A stretch of DNA of 11,533 nt from Candidatus Brocadiia bacterium (GCA_046538485.1 JBKHIT010000098.1:1-11533), one strand, 5' to 3'; counted from the first letter of the stretch, positions 1-8,257 are shown. Notes: a model not told the origin generated them from the letters alone. Made by a program: numbers and translations.

Positions 1-305
1 GCCAGTATTTCCTGCCACGATTCACCGTCGTTGACCTGCGCACACTGAGTGAAACTGTCGCCATAAGTATTGATTCGACAGGGCTTATCAGCGTAATTGA
101 TCATTTTCCGGTGCCCGCCATGGCTCTCGTAATTGTACGCACACAACGTATCTTCCATGCCGTCGCGAAAGGTATAATCCCTGAGCACATAACCCAATTC
201 CGGGTCGAAGTCGATGAATGAAGGTCGGTCGGGATCCAAAAGACGTTCAATTTCTTCCGGAAGATACGCCGCCGTATGGAGCAATTCTTTTACGTCGCCT
301 GACAT
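1..305 (-). CDS. SGNH/GDSL-like hydrolase, 5' portion (runs off the window edge)
   Basis: Manual translation of the minus strand from ATG at 305, with AGGAAAGGA RBS upstream, gives MSGDVKELLHTAAYLPEEIERLLDPDRPSFIDFDPELGYVLRDYTFRDGMEDTLCAYNYESHGGHRKMINYADKPCRINTYGDSFTQCAQVNDGESWQEIL... with no stop to position 1. GDSFT is an SGNH block I motif. Not in the ORF track because the frame is open at the edge. Confidence 0.85.
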   Translation of the reverse strand, partial: MSGDVKELLHTAAYLPEEIERLLDPDRPSFIDFDPELGYVLRDYTFRDGMEDTLCAYNYESHGGHRKMINYADKPCRINTYGDSFTQCAQVNDGESWQEIL

Positions 306-361
306 CTCAGTTCCTTTCCTGTGCGGGACGAGCATTATCGCAAATTGGAGAACTGGCGTAT

Positions 362-389
362 ATTCTAACAACAGAATCGGGAAAGTCAT
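362..389 (-). promoter_or_regulatory. Putative sigma70 promoter for the SGNH hydrolase gene
   Basis: Minus strand ATGACT-N16-TAGAAT with an extended -10 (TGnTAGAAT), about 55 nt upstream of the ATG. Confidence 0.35.
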
Positions 390-483
390 TCGAGTTTCTG
401 AGAATACTGGTTTTGGAGCTGTATAAGCGAGACCCTTTTCTGGGAATGTTTTTCCCTTGCTTTCCGTTCAATGTGCCAGGAAT

Positions 484-526
484 TTGACTGATGGATTCCA
501 CCTGGCTACATTTCCCAATAAGGAGG
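484..526 (+). promoter_or_regulatory. Sigma70 promoter and RBS for the 89-aa membrane protein
   Basis: TTGACT (484-489)-N17-TACATT (507-512), followed by TAAGGAGG (519-526) 7 nt before ATG 534. Confidence 0.6.
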
Positions 527-533
527 CGGTATT

Positions 534-803
534 ATGAAAGAAACACTCGGACGCATTTTTGCGTGGGTGGTGATAATCCTTATTTGTTCCGCGCTTTTCG
601 GAGGTGGTTTTGCCTTCTGGGGTTATTACAGAGCAGCAACCGCGTCGTCTTCTCATAGACGTCACGAGGCTGTGAATGATGCTATGGAAGATACTGCGGA
701 GGCAATGAAGAGGCGGTTTGTAATCGGAAGTATTGTCGGTGCAGCAGCCGGGGCTGTTTTTATGTGGGGTATTGATCGCAAAGTCTACGGCAGGTCCGAA
801 TAA
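534..803 (+). CDS. Small hypothetical membrane protein (2 predicted TM helices)
   Basis: Near-perfect RBS and promoter; two hydrophobic segments (IFAWVVIILICSALFGGGFAFWGY and FVIGSIVGAAAGAVFMWGI). Confidence 0.8.
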   Translation: MKETLGRIFAWVVIILICSALFGGGFAFWGYYRAATASSSHRRHEAVNDAMEDTAEAMKRRFVIGSIVGAAAGAVFMWGIDRKVYGRSE

Positions 804-1169
804 TGTCAGATAAACACGCTGCACGTATTACAAAGCCCCTGAGAAACGCCATGGGGGCGGGCCTACGTAATTTACAATGAACTATTGCGTCACATTGATT
901 CGCGGCTCTGCCAGACCAGCGAAAACCTGATTAGCCATTTTATAGACAAAAAGTCTGGGGAAGTGGCATGACCAGCAAATGGGTGCAAAGAACCTCTGAT
1001 CGTCCTTTTTTCTTAAGAACGCCTGGTCGATACGCTGGAAAATATCGCAAATACCGCTAAAATGATTGAGTCGGTTGTGCGGATACCTCATGCGTCCGAC
1101 GAAAACTCAATACGTGCAGCCTCTGACCTGTACAGGAAGCATTTTAACCCTATGGGGAGACGTCAGGAA

Positions 1170-1376
1170 ATGGCTATAATTAAGTTTCGTTGTCCTTTTT
1201 GTGAACAAAAGTGTAGTGTGTCAGTCGAACATGCGGGGAAAATGGGGAGTTGCCCAAAATGCGCCGAATTGATAGAGATGCCCGCTGAGAACGCCGAAGA
1301 GTTCAGGGATGAAATGCCAGGTGATACGGATGATTCTCAGGGGATAGTTCTGGGAGATGCTACTGACGAGCAATAG
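1170..1376 (+). CDS. Stand-alone zinc-ribbon protein (68 aa) with acidic tail
   Basis: From ATG 1170 (GGGGAG/CAGGA upstream): MAIIKFRCPFCEQKCSVSVEHAGKMGSCPKCAELIEMP..., i.e. CxxC-x(16)-CxxC in the 'IxFxCPxC...AGKxxxCPxC...IxxP' pattern common in planctomycete proteins. The ORF-track start at 1062 is probably too far upstream. Confidence 0.75.
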   Translation: MAIIKFRCPFCEQKCSVSVEHAGKMGSCPKCAELIEMPAENAEEFRDEMPGDTDDSQGIVLGDATDEQ

Positions 1377-1408
1377 TCAGTAATTGATTTGTGACAGCGG
1401 CGTTTGTC

Positions 1409-2203
1409 TCACGTTCCATTAGCGTTTTGCCTGCCTTTATTGACGAATTTTGTTTCGTCGTCCGCCATCGTGCGTTTTCCCATCCGACGCCACATACTGC
1501 GTGTTGAAACGGTAAGAAGCAACAGATGAACGGGCCACCCCAGAAGCAGCGCAGGGCCCAGTCCGATATGTGGCTGCAGAAAATGGGCGACGCCGATCAT
1601 GGCGGAAAATGAGAACATTAACGCCGGGATCTGTCGAGCAAGTGTCCACAGGCTATGTCTCGCTTCGTAAGCGGCGATTACACCTATCATCGGGAAGACC
1701 GTCATAAAACCCTGCAGGTAGCGTTTCAGAATTACAAGTCCTCCCACCACACAAAGAATTATCGGAAGTTTGAGGTGAAGTGGGAGACTTGTGCGGTGGC
1801 CGGGTTCTTCTTTGAACGGGAGGGAAAAGTGCAGAATGATCCCGACCAAAACGGCGGCGGCCAAAACCAGTCGGAATGCTGCCTCGTTTTTTGGTACATG
1901 TTGGGCCAGCAGTAAGCCGAGCGCTACGTAAGTCAGAGCGCTGACGATTATACTCGGGACGACGGGTACGTTAACTTTGCGCTGAAGACAGTAGACCATT
2001 CCGATATAAAGCAGAAGAAGGAACAGTCCGCCGATGTGTGTGGCGTTGATATCGATGCCGAGTGCAAGTGATGCCAGAGTAAACGGGACGGGAAGAGCGT
2101 AGATGAGGGCTTTCCAGCGGGGATTGAATGTGTAAGCGAGGATTGTCGCCTGGCTTGCGACTCCCATTACGAGGGCGAGGTCCCAGAGGCTGAGCGATCT
2201 CAC
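1409..2203 (-). CDS. Hypothetical multi-pass membrane protein (about 8 TM), possibly a duplicated GlpM/DUF3147-like fold
   Basis: 264-aa strongly hydrophobic ORF; GTG start with GGGAG 5 nt upstream; two halves each contain a helix-breaking L/F-P motif. Confidence 0.85.
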   Translation of the reverse strand: MRSLSLWDLALVMGVASQATILAYTFNPRWKALIYALPVPFTLASLALGIDINATHIGGLFLLLLYIGMVYCLQRKVNVPVVPSIIVSALTYVALGLLLAQHVPKNEAAFRLVLAAAVLVGIILHFSLPFKEEPGHRTSLPLHLKLPIILCVVGGLVILKRYLQGFMTVFPMIGVIAAYEARHSLWTLARQIPALMFSFSAMIGVAHFLQPHIGLGPALLLGWPVHLLLLTVSTRSMWRRMGKRTMADDETKFVNKGRQNANGT

Positions 2204-2244
2204 GGCATCTCCCGGCAGTACTCAGATTCAAAAGGCACAAGAAA

Positions 2245-2320
2245 TGGCGCGCCGGGAGGGATTCGAACCCCCGACCGTCGGATTAGAAATCCGATGCTCT
2301 CTCCCCTGAGCTACCGGCGC
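2245..2320 (-). tRNA. tRNA-Arg (anticodon TCT)
   Basis: Reverse complement folds as a cloverleaf: acceptor GCGCCGG/CCGGCGC, D-arm GCTC/GAGC, anticodon arm TCGGA-TTTCTAA-TCCGA, T-loop TTCGAAT, encoded CCA; 76 nt. Confidence 0.97.
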
Positions 2321-2349
2321 GCCGTCGCGATATTCTTCGTTGCCCATTG

Positions 2350-2378
2350 AGGATATCCCAACCGTACTCTCGACGCAA
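2350..2378 (-). promoter_or_regulatory. Putative sigma70 promoter of tRNA-Arg
   Basis: Minus strand TTGCGT-N17-TATCCT, ending about 30 nt upstream of the tRNA 5' end. Confidence 0.55.
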
Positions 2379-2442
2379 GTTTCACACTTGTTCGTCCGTT
2401 GCATCCAACGTTGTGCGCCGCAAATTCAACCGGGGTTCCATT

Positions 2443-2474
2443 GCGCTTAGCCGTAATCCTGAACGGCTGAGCGC
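2443..2474. terminator. GC-rich stem-loop, possible terminator
   Basis: GCGCTTAGCCGT-AATCCTGA-ACGGCTGAGCGC: 12-bp stem with one G-U pair on the + strand, next to an AT-rich tract. Confidence 0.4.
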
Positions 2475-2768
2475 GGATATTTGATTAATTTAAGGCAATA
2501 ATTATTATAAGGTTTGTTAAATTAAAGCTTTACGTGTGAAATGCAAACTGGCTTTTTGTACGCACTTTGTAATCGCGCACCTGTACCACTGAGGACGCTG
2601 TAAACACGGTCCAAACATCGATGCCTGTTACAAAGCAAAGGCCCCCGACAGGAGCGCCCTCCAGGCTGGTCCGATGTGGAATTTTAACTTCCGGCAATCA
2701 TGGGAATTTGCCTGATACCGTGTGCGTCTCTAAACCCCTTCGCCGACGGGCCTAAGACGGACCGCTTA

Positions 2769-3632
2769 TTACAATGTTTCCATTATTTGTGCGAAATATT
2801 GGGCAAAATCGTTCAGTTTTTCTTCAGCCTGAGTTTCGGGATTGAAATCCTCCAGCGAGACGTAACCGTCGTATCCGAGCTGTTTCAGTATCGCCATAAT
2901 TTCGCACCAGTCCAGAAGTCCTTCCTTGAGCGGGCACCACTCGTAACCCCAGTTCGCCTGGCCGAGATCATTTGTGCCGAGCACAACGGGTCGGGCATTC
3001 TTGACATGAATATGAGCGAGCCATGGTTGAATCATACTCAGGCCATATTCCGGTCTTTCATAGCCTTCCCAAACCATATTGCCCGGGTCCCAAAGGATTC
3101 CAACGTGTTCTGGGTCTTTTCCCTCAACGAAACGCCGGGCCGCACTCGCACTGGGAATTAATCCACCATGATGTGTTTCAGCTATTGCTTTCACACCCAT
3201 TTCTGCCGCTATCTGCTCGACATCGTCCCACTGACTTTGTGTCGCCGCGAGGGCTTCTTCGAAATCCTCAATTTCGCTTCCGCCGATCCCGACACGTATT
3301 GCGCTGGCGCCAAGGATATTCGCGGCTTCCATCTGTCGTTTCAAGTCGTCGCGATCCGTCGGGTCCGGACTGCCTGCCAGACTCGACGCTGAAAGGCCAT
3401 GTTGTTCCGTGATGTTCGCAATTTCGGAGGCTTTTTCTACGACACTGTCTCTGGGAATCGTCGCGCGGTTACTGCCCCAGAAACGTCCGCCGTCTTGGGG
3501 ATCGAAAGCGATCTCATCGGGCACATCCGAGACGCGCCATTCGACGCCCTTTATGTCGAGTTCCTCCAGTTTGTCGGCCGCTTCTTCAAAACTATACTCC
3601 GGGCAGGCGAGCGTGTAGACGCTGAGTTTCAT
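2769..3632 (-). CDS. Sugar phosphate isomerase/epimerase (xylose isomerase-like / AP endonuclease 2 TIM barrel)
   Basis: 287 aa; metal-site motifs in family order: GVEW, AETHHG, WDPGN, HIHVKN, GYDGYVSLE; CAGGAG RBS. Confidence 0.9.
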   Translation of the reverse strand: MKLSVYTLACPEYSFEEAADKLEELDIKGVEWRVSDVPDEIAFDPQDGGRFWGSNRATIPRDSVVEKASEIANITEQHGLSASSLAGSPDPTDRDDLKRQMEAANILGASAIRVGIGGSEIEDFEEALAATQSQWDDVEQIAAEMGVKAIAETHHGGLIPSASAARRFVEGKDPEHVGILWDPGNMVWEGYERPEYGLSMIQPWLAHIHVKNARPVVLGTNDLGQANWGYEWCPLKEGLLDWCEIMAILKQLGYDGYVSLEDFNPETQAEEKLNDFAQYFAQIMETL

Positions 3633-3700
3633 GATCGTCTCCTGAAAATGATACGGTAAATGCTAAAACTAAAGCAGTCCTGCATAACCTTCCCCAGGTT

Positions 3701-3734
3701 TTCGCCCCCCCACCGCCCGGCGTCGGAGGAGCGA
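3701..3734 (-). terminator. Stem-loop downstream of greA
   Basis: Minus strand TTCGCTCCTCC...GGGGGGGCGAA pairs fully only on this strand (G-U pairs). No clear U-tract, so it may be a stabilising or processing hairpin instead. Confidence 0.35.
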
Positions 3735-3761
3735 ATGCTCAGTTATTGTAAAAATGTGGGC

Positions 3762-5930
3762 TCACAAGCCCGAGCCTATTTCGATGATTTCCCAGGCTTT
3801 TTCGCCATCCGCACCGGGGCTCTTGACCACATCGCCGACCTGGTGGCCCATGAATTTCTGGCTCAGCGGCGCCTGATAAGAATAAATGTTCTCCCGGGGA
3901 TCAGCATCCCACGGCCCGAGGAAGCTCATGGTGCGTTCCTCACCGGTGTGTTCGTCGCGCACCCGGATGTGGCTCCCGACGGTGACATGTTCGGTATCGG
4001 GCATTTCAGGCGGGATTATTCGGGTGCGGGAAAGCTCATCCTGAATCGCCGCGGCTTCTTCGCTCAGTCGTGACCGCTCCTCAAGCGCTGCGGTATATTC
4101 CGCATTTTCGCTCAAGTCTCCAAAATCGGCCGCTTCTCCGATCTGCTTTATCACTTCCGGCATACGTTCATCAACGATCTGTCGATATTCTTCACGTCTT
4201 TTCTCCATTCCCTCCTCTGTTGTGTAAATAACTTTTTCTTTCCAGGGAGGGGTGGCGGTTCGAAAGAGTTTCGGGCGTGTCGCGCGAATGGCCCGAGCGA
4301 CGCGTGGTCTGGCAGTATCGCCCAACCCTTGATTGCGATCGACCTGTCCGCTTAAGGCCAGCACAACTTCGTCGGTGCTATTTTCGAGCGCCTGTTCGAT
4401 CGCCTTTTCCCCTTCTCCTGTCAGCAAATCCCGAATTTTCGACAGGAGCTGTTTCCGCTCGGTTTCCGGGTGAGATCCGGGCCGGCCAAGTGACGATGTT
4501 ATTGAAAGCAAACGGCGCAATATGGCCATAGCGTCCATATTTTCCGGCAGGTTTTCGTCTCCGTAGCGGACGAAACGGTGCCATAACCAGAGGATCGCTC
4601 CCGGGTGTGCATCAGGACGTTGTAACGCGCGCTTGAAAACATCTTCAAGAAGTTCCGCGCTCTCTGCCGCACGCAATTTTTCAATGGCTGTCCCAAAAGC
4701 CGCCTGCGGCATGAAGGGGCAGACTTCGGCGAGTAGCTGTGTCCAATTTTCAGGCGTCCATTCCGGCAGAGCCTGGATTATTTCGTTGCGGATTCTCTTT
4801 TTTCCCCTGGGATCTTTGAGAGCATCTCGCAAATCCAATTCTCCTACCAGCTGGCGCGTGTCTGGTTGCCGGGGCACTTCGGCGCCGGGATATTCTTTGC
4901 TCAAACGGTCCCGGAGAGCGATGGCGCCAAGGCGAATCTGGTCGGATTGCTTTTCGTTCGCGGCCAGTCCTGCCAGTTCGCTTCCGATGTGACAAATAAG
5001 CTCGTCTGCTTCATCGCCCTTGAGATTTTCCGCGAGAATTTGATACACAAACGATAGCTTTTGCGCTGACTCTTTTCGGTCAAATTTGCGTTTTAGTTGA
5101 TCGCCCCGGCTCACCGGTTCAGAACGGAGAAATAGGTCCGGGTTACTGCTGGCAGTCATGCCAATGTTGGGCGATTGCTCAAGTGCCTTTTTGGTTTTGG
5201 ACCACCAGCTTGCCCAGCTATTTTTGCCGAGAGCCGGACGCAGATAACGGCGGATGCGCTTCAAAGGGCTGCGTCCCCCGAATGTCTGGAGGGTGAGCGT
5301 TACAAGACGCTCGGGGTCTTCTTCAGCGAGCTCATTCACTCGCTTTTGTTCGAACATCACAAGAGCCCGAATATCATCCGGCGGCAGCGTTTGAACTTTC
5401 TCCAGATCATCGGGTTTAAAGTTCCGCGTCGCGTTTTCGAACTCAACGATGACACCATCATCGGGATCGATTCTTTCGACGCGCCCGATTTTAGCACCCG
5501 GGTCGACACGGACATATCTTCCCGGGCAGAGTTCTTCGAGGATTTCCAACCTGTCTTCGGCTTCGTCGAGCGGCAGATCGGACCGGTCGAGCGTCCATTT
5601 CATGAGCGCATCGGCCCGTTCGGTACGTCCATTGATGGCGCGGTAGAGATCGACCGCTTCTTCGCGCATCATGTCACTGCCCGGCAGCAAACTGCAACCT
5701 TTGCGGGCGGTTTCCAGGGCTGCCTGGAAGCGATCCTCTTCGCGGAGGGCGGTGATCAGGTACCAGAGCAGAGTCTCCGCAAGTTCAGCGCCATCCCCAT
5801 GATTGACAAGCACATCGGCACCTTTCAGCAGAAACTCCCAGGAATCGAGGTCATCCTGCAGAGCGCTCATCCAGATATCTTCGACCTCGTCCAATTTTCC
5901 TTTACGGGCGAGTTTCAGCAAATCTTTCAT
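3762..5930 (-). CDS. greA: Transcription elongation factor GreA, long form with about 560-aa N-terminal extension
   Basis: The C-terminal ~160 aa carry the Gre signature (YTTEEG...EAADFGDLSENAEYTAA...VTVGS...LGPWDADP...SYQAPLSQKFMG..VGD). Start placed at ATG 5930 (GGAG 6 nt upstream) rather than TTG 5936; 722 aa. Confidence 0.93.
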   Translation of the reverse strand: MKDLLKLARKGKLDEVEDIWMSALQDDLDSWEFLLKGADVLVNHGDGAELAETLLWYLITALREEDRFQAALETARKGCSLLPGSDMMREEAVDLYRAINGRTERADALMKWTLDRSDLPLDEAEDRLEILEELCPGRYVRVDPGAKIGRVERIDPDDGVIVEFENATRNFKPDDLEKVQTLPPDDIRALVMFEQKRVNELAEEDPERLVTLTLQTFGGRSPLKRIRRYLRPALGKNSWASWWSKTKKALEQSPNIGMTASSNPDLFLRSEPVSRGDQLKRKFDRKESAQKLSFVYQILAENLKGDEADELICHIGSELAGLAANEKQSDQIRLGAIALRDRLSKEYPGAEVPRQPDTRQLVGELDLRDALKDPRGKKRIRNEIIQALPEWTPENWTQLLAEVCPFMPQAAFGTAIEKLRAAESAELLEDVFKRALQRPDAHPGAILWLWHRFVRYGDENLPENMDAMAILRRLLSITSSLGRPGSHPETERKQLLSKIRDLLTGEGEKAIEQALENSTDEVVLALSGQVDRNQGLGDTARPRVARAIRATRPKLFRTATPPWKEKVIYTTEEGMEKRREEYRQIVDERMPEVIKQIGEAADFGDLSENAEYTAALEERSRLSEEAAAIQDELSRTRIIPPEMPDTEHVTVGSHIRVRDEHTGEERTMSFLGPWDADPRENIYSYQAPLSQKFMGHQVGDVVKSPGADGEKAWEIIEIGSGL

Positions 5931-6118
5931 GCACAACTCCGCTGAGGCAAAGATTTAAAACGTCGGCCGTGAGCTGGCGAACTGACTATAAACTGACATT
6001 ATAAGTACATTTTCTCGCCGGAGCACACGAAACGGCAAAAGATTGCATTTTCCCCGGGCCAAGCGTCCGTTACAATATGTTTAAAGTAAGTTTTCCAACT
6101 CTCTCAGGGGATCGTGAA

Positions 6119-7246
6119 ATGCGGTTTATCCTCGTGACAGCTTTTGGTGTTTCATTCGTCCTGTCACTTTTATTGACGGCGATCGTGAGAAGAATCGCTC
6201 GGCGTCTCAACTTTGTTGACGTGCCGGGCGGACGGAAACAACACGCTGAGCCGACGCCTCATGGTGGCGGTATTGCCATTGTGACCGCCTGTTCTGTGAC
6301 CGTTCTGGGGGCTGCATTCGGGGCCTTTTTTATTGAACGAAATCCGGATTTCATGCACCTCTCGACGGTCATTTTGCAGGATGTCGGTCGCGCTGTCGAC
6401 CGGTTACCTCTTCTGATTAAGGTATGTGCGGGCGGAATCGCCATCGCCCTGTTCGGTTTGTGGGACGACATTCGTCCTTTTCGGCCGTTGACGAAACTGA
6501 TTTTGCAGTTTGTCATCGCGGGTATTATCGTTCTGTCAAGCGGCATGCGCATTTCGATGTTCATTCCTTATGACTGGGTGCAGGCTGCCATCACAATCGT
6601 ATGGATTGTTCTGCTGACAAATACTTTCAATCTTCTGGACAATATGGACGGGTTGAGCGGTTCGATGGCTTTTATCTGTGCGGGTGCCCTTCTCATCCTG
6701 GTCCTTCAAAGCACGCAGTTCTTTATCGCCGGTTTACTACTGGCCTTAGCCGGAGCCCTGCTTGGGTTTTTATTTTTCAATTTTCCTCCGGCGTCAATAT
6801 TCATGGGCGACACGGGCAGTATGTTCATCGGTTATATTCTCGCAACGGCGACGGTTTTAACAACGTTCGTGAACGCTTCCGGGTTCAACCCGCTGTTCCC
6901 GGTTATCGTTCCCCTCGTTATTTTTGCGGTGCCGCTCTACGATACGGCGAGCGTGCTTTTAATCCGTTTGCATCACGGTAAATCACTGCTTACGGGCGAC
7001 CGGAACCACCTCTCGCATCGCCTGAACCGGCTGGGAATGAGTGAACGGAGGGTGCTTTTCACGATTGCTTTGTTGACCCTCGCCACATCCCTGGGGGCCA
7101 CCCTTCCCTACGGGTCGTCATTTTGGCGGGCAATTGTGCCTGTTCTGCAGGCATTAGCTGTCGTTGGGGCACTGGTTCAGCTCGAACTGGCGGGAAGCGA
7201 AATCAGCTATCCGGAGATCGATGATGCGGAGGACACCGAAGAGTGA
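6119..7246 (+). CDS. wecA: Undecaprenyl-phosphate N-acetylhexosamine-1-phosphate transferase (WecA/TagO-like, MraY superfamily)
   Basis: Motifs DVPGGRKQH..PTPHGGG, GLWDD, NTFNLLDNMDGL, FNFPPASIFMGDTGS, DRNHLSHRL. It lacks the MraY HHH motif, so it is WecA/TagO-type. Likely start ATG 6119 (AGGGGA upstream); 6077 is an alternative. Confidence 0.88.
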   Translation: MRFILVTAFGVSFVLSLLLTAIVRRIARRLNFVDVPGGRKQHAEPTPHGGGIAIVTACSVTVLGAAFGAFFIERNPDFMHLSTVILQDVGRAVDRLPLLIKVCAGGIAIALFGLWDDIRPFRPLTKLILQFVIAGIIVLSSGMRISMFIPYDWVQAAITIVWIVLLTNTFNLLDNMDGLSGSMAFICAGALLILVLQSTQFFIAGLLLALAGALLGFLFFNFPPASIFMGDTGSMFIGYILATATVLTTFVNASGFNPLFPVIVPLVIFAVPLYDTASVLLIRLHHGKSLLTGDRNHLSHRLNRLGMSERRVLFTIALLTLATSLGATLPYGSSFWRAIVPVLQALAVVGALVQLELAGSEISYPEIDDAEDTEE

Positions 7247-7508
7247 GCCGAGATGGGCATTCTGCTGCCCTTCTCTACCCTCTCCTTGCTCCTGCTTTAC
7301 AACATTCATTTTGAAATGAATATGGTCGGGGTAACTGGCGCTCGTTTGAACGGTCGGAACCATCTTCGTCGTCATTTGCTTCGCACGGCGACTGGCCTTC
7401 GTTTGAAGCGGCGGTAAGAGTTTTCGTGGCAGCATCTTCACCCGAGAAACTGCATGGCAATAGATGGACTGCCCCTGAACCGTAGCGACGAAAAAAGTCC
7501 GAAATGTT

Positions 7509-8257
7509 CTATGAGGCAGCCGTATTCTTCGCCCACGGAACCGTGTCCCCCTGGAACATGATGGCGAAACGCGTGACCAATGCGCCGAGCAACACGTACC
7601 CAAGAAAAGTCTGGAAAGCGCTCAGTCCCTGCGCAAGCGGGCGTTCAGGATTCGGAGACATATCACCATAGCCAAGGGTCGTCATGGTGACCGATGAGAA
7701 GTAGATCGCCGGAACAAGACGACTCTCAGGCGGGTAGGCAGCCAATGTCCCCGTGCACTCGGCCTCCCCACCCATTGGTTCAGGCTCCGCTGGCTGCTGG
7801 TGGGGGCGGGCGGTTTGCTCATTGGCGGCTTTTGCCCCCGGCGGATGTTCGACTTAAGGTGGGCTTTGATTCGTGGATGAATGCGCGCACTGTCCAGGCC
7901 AACGCCGGTAAAGTCTGTTTCGGTGTCAACCACGGTGTTGCCCTACAGGCGAGTTTCCCCGTCCACCCTGGCCCCGTTGAACTCAGCGCCCTCCAAGTGC
8001 GCGCCTGCGAAATCAGTTCCGTTGACATGGGCCCAGTGCAGGTTCGCTCCCCTCAAATTAGCACGCTTCAAGACAGCATGTTGGAGTCTAGCGTGCGCGA
8101 GCTTGGCATCACGTAGGTCTGCACACTGTAGGTCCTGATCCTTTAGGTCAGCCTTCTCGAGCAGAACCGGCTTGTCGGGGTTGTCCTTTCTCCACTTATT
8201 CCAGTTATCGACCGAGGACGTGATGCATTCGTACTGCTTTTGACAGCACTGGCTCAT
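7509..8257 (-). pseudogene. Disrupted pentapeptide-repeat / two-TM potassium-channel (Ion_trans_2) fusion gene
   Basis: ORF 8257-7943 has A(D/N/x)Lxx pentapeptide repeats. An in-frame TAG at 7945-7943 is followed in the same frame by GNTVVDTETDFTGVGLDSARIHP...NIRR. After a frame change near 7835-7853 comes a pore helix, filter and TM segment (AIYFSSVTMTTLGYGDM...FLGYVLLGALVTRFA). No hydrophobic TM1 precedes the pore. Confidence 0.85.

Noticed and set aside
214..501. Short ORFs 214-426(+), 218-487(+) and 307-501(-)
   Set aside because: They overlap the SGNH gene start and the divergent promoter region; no motifs.
5175..5945. 256-aa plus-strand ORF, and similar long antisense ORFs at 2700-3161, 8907-9665 and 10199-10885
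   Set aside because: Shadow ORFs antisense to well-supported genes, with no recognisable motifs.
6119..7246. Calling the transferase mraY
   Set aside because: It lacks the MraY HHH motif and dcw-cluster context; its motifs match WecA/TagO-type enzymes.
7334..7417. Degenerate CRISPR array (GTTTGAAC/G-containing repeats)
   Set aside because: Only two poorly matching copies with indels, no leader and no cas genes.
7943..7945. Genome-wide TAG reassignment or pyrrolysine readthrough at the in-frame amber
   Set aside because: No other gene in the window has an internal TAG, the zinc-ribbon ORF ends with TAG, and the same gene has a second lesion (frame change and missing TM1).
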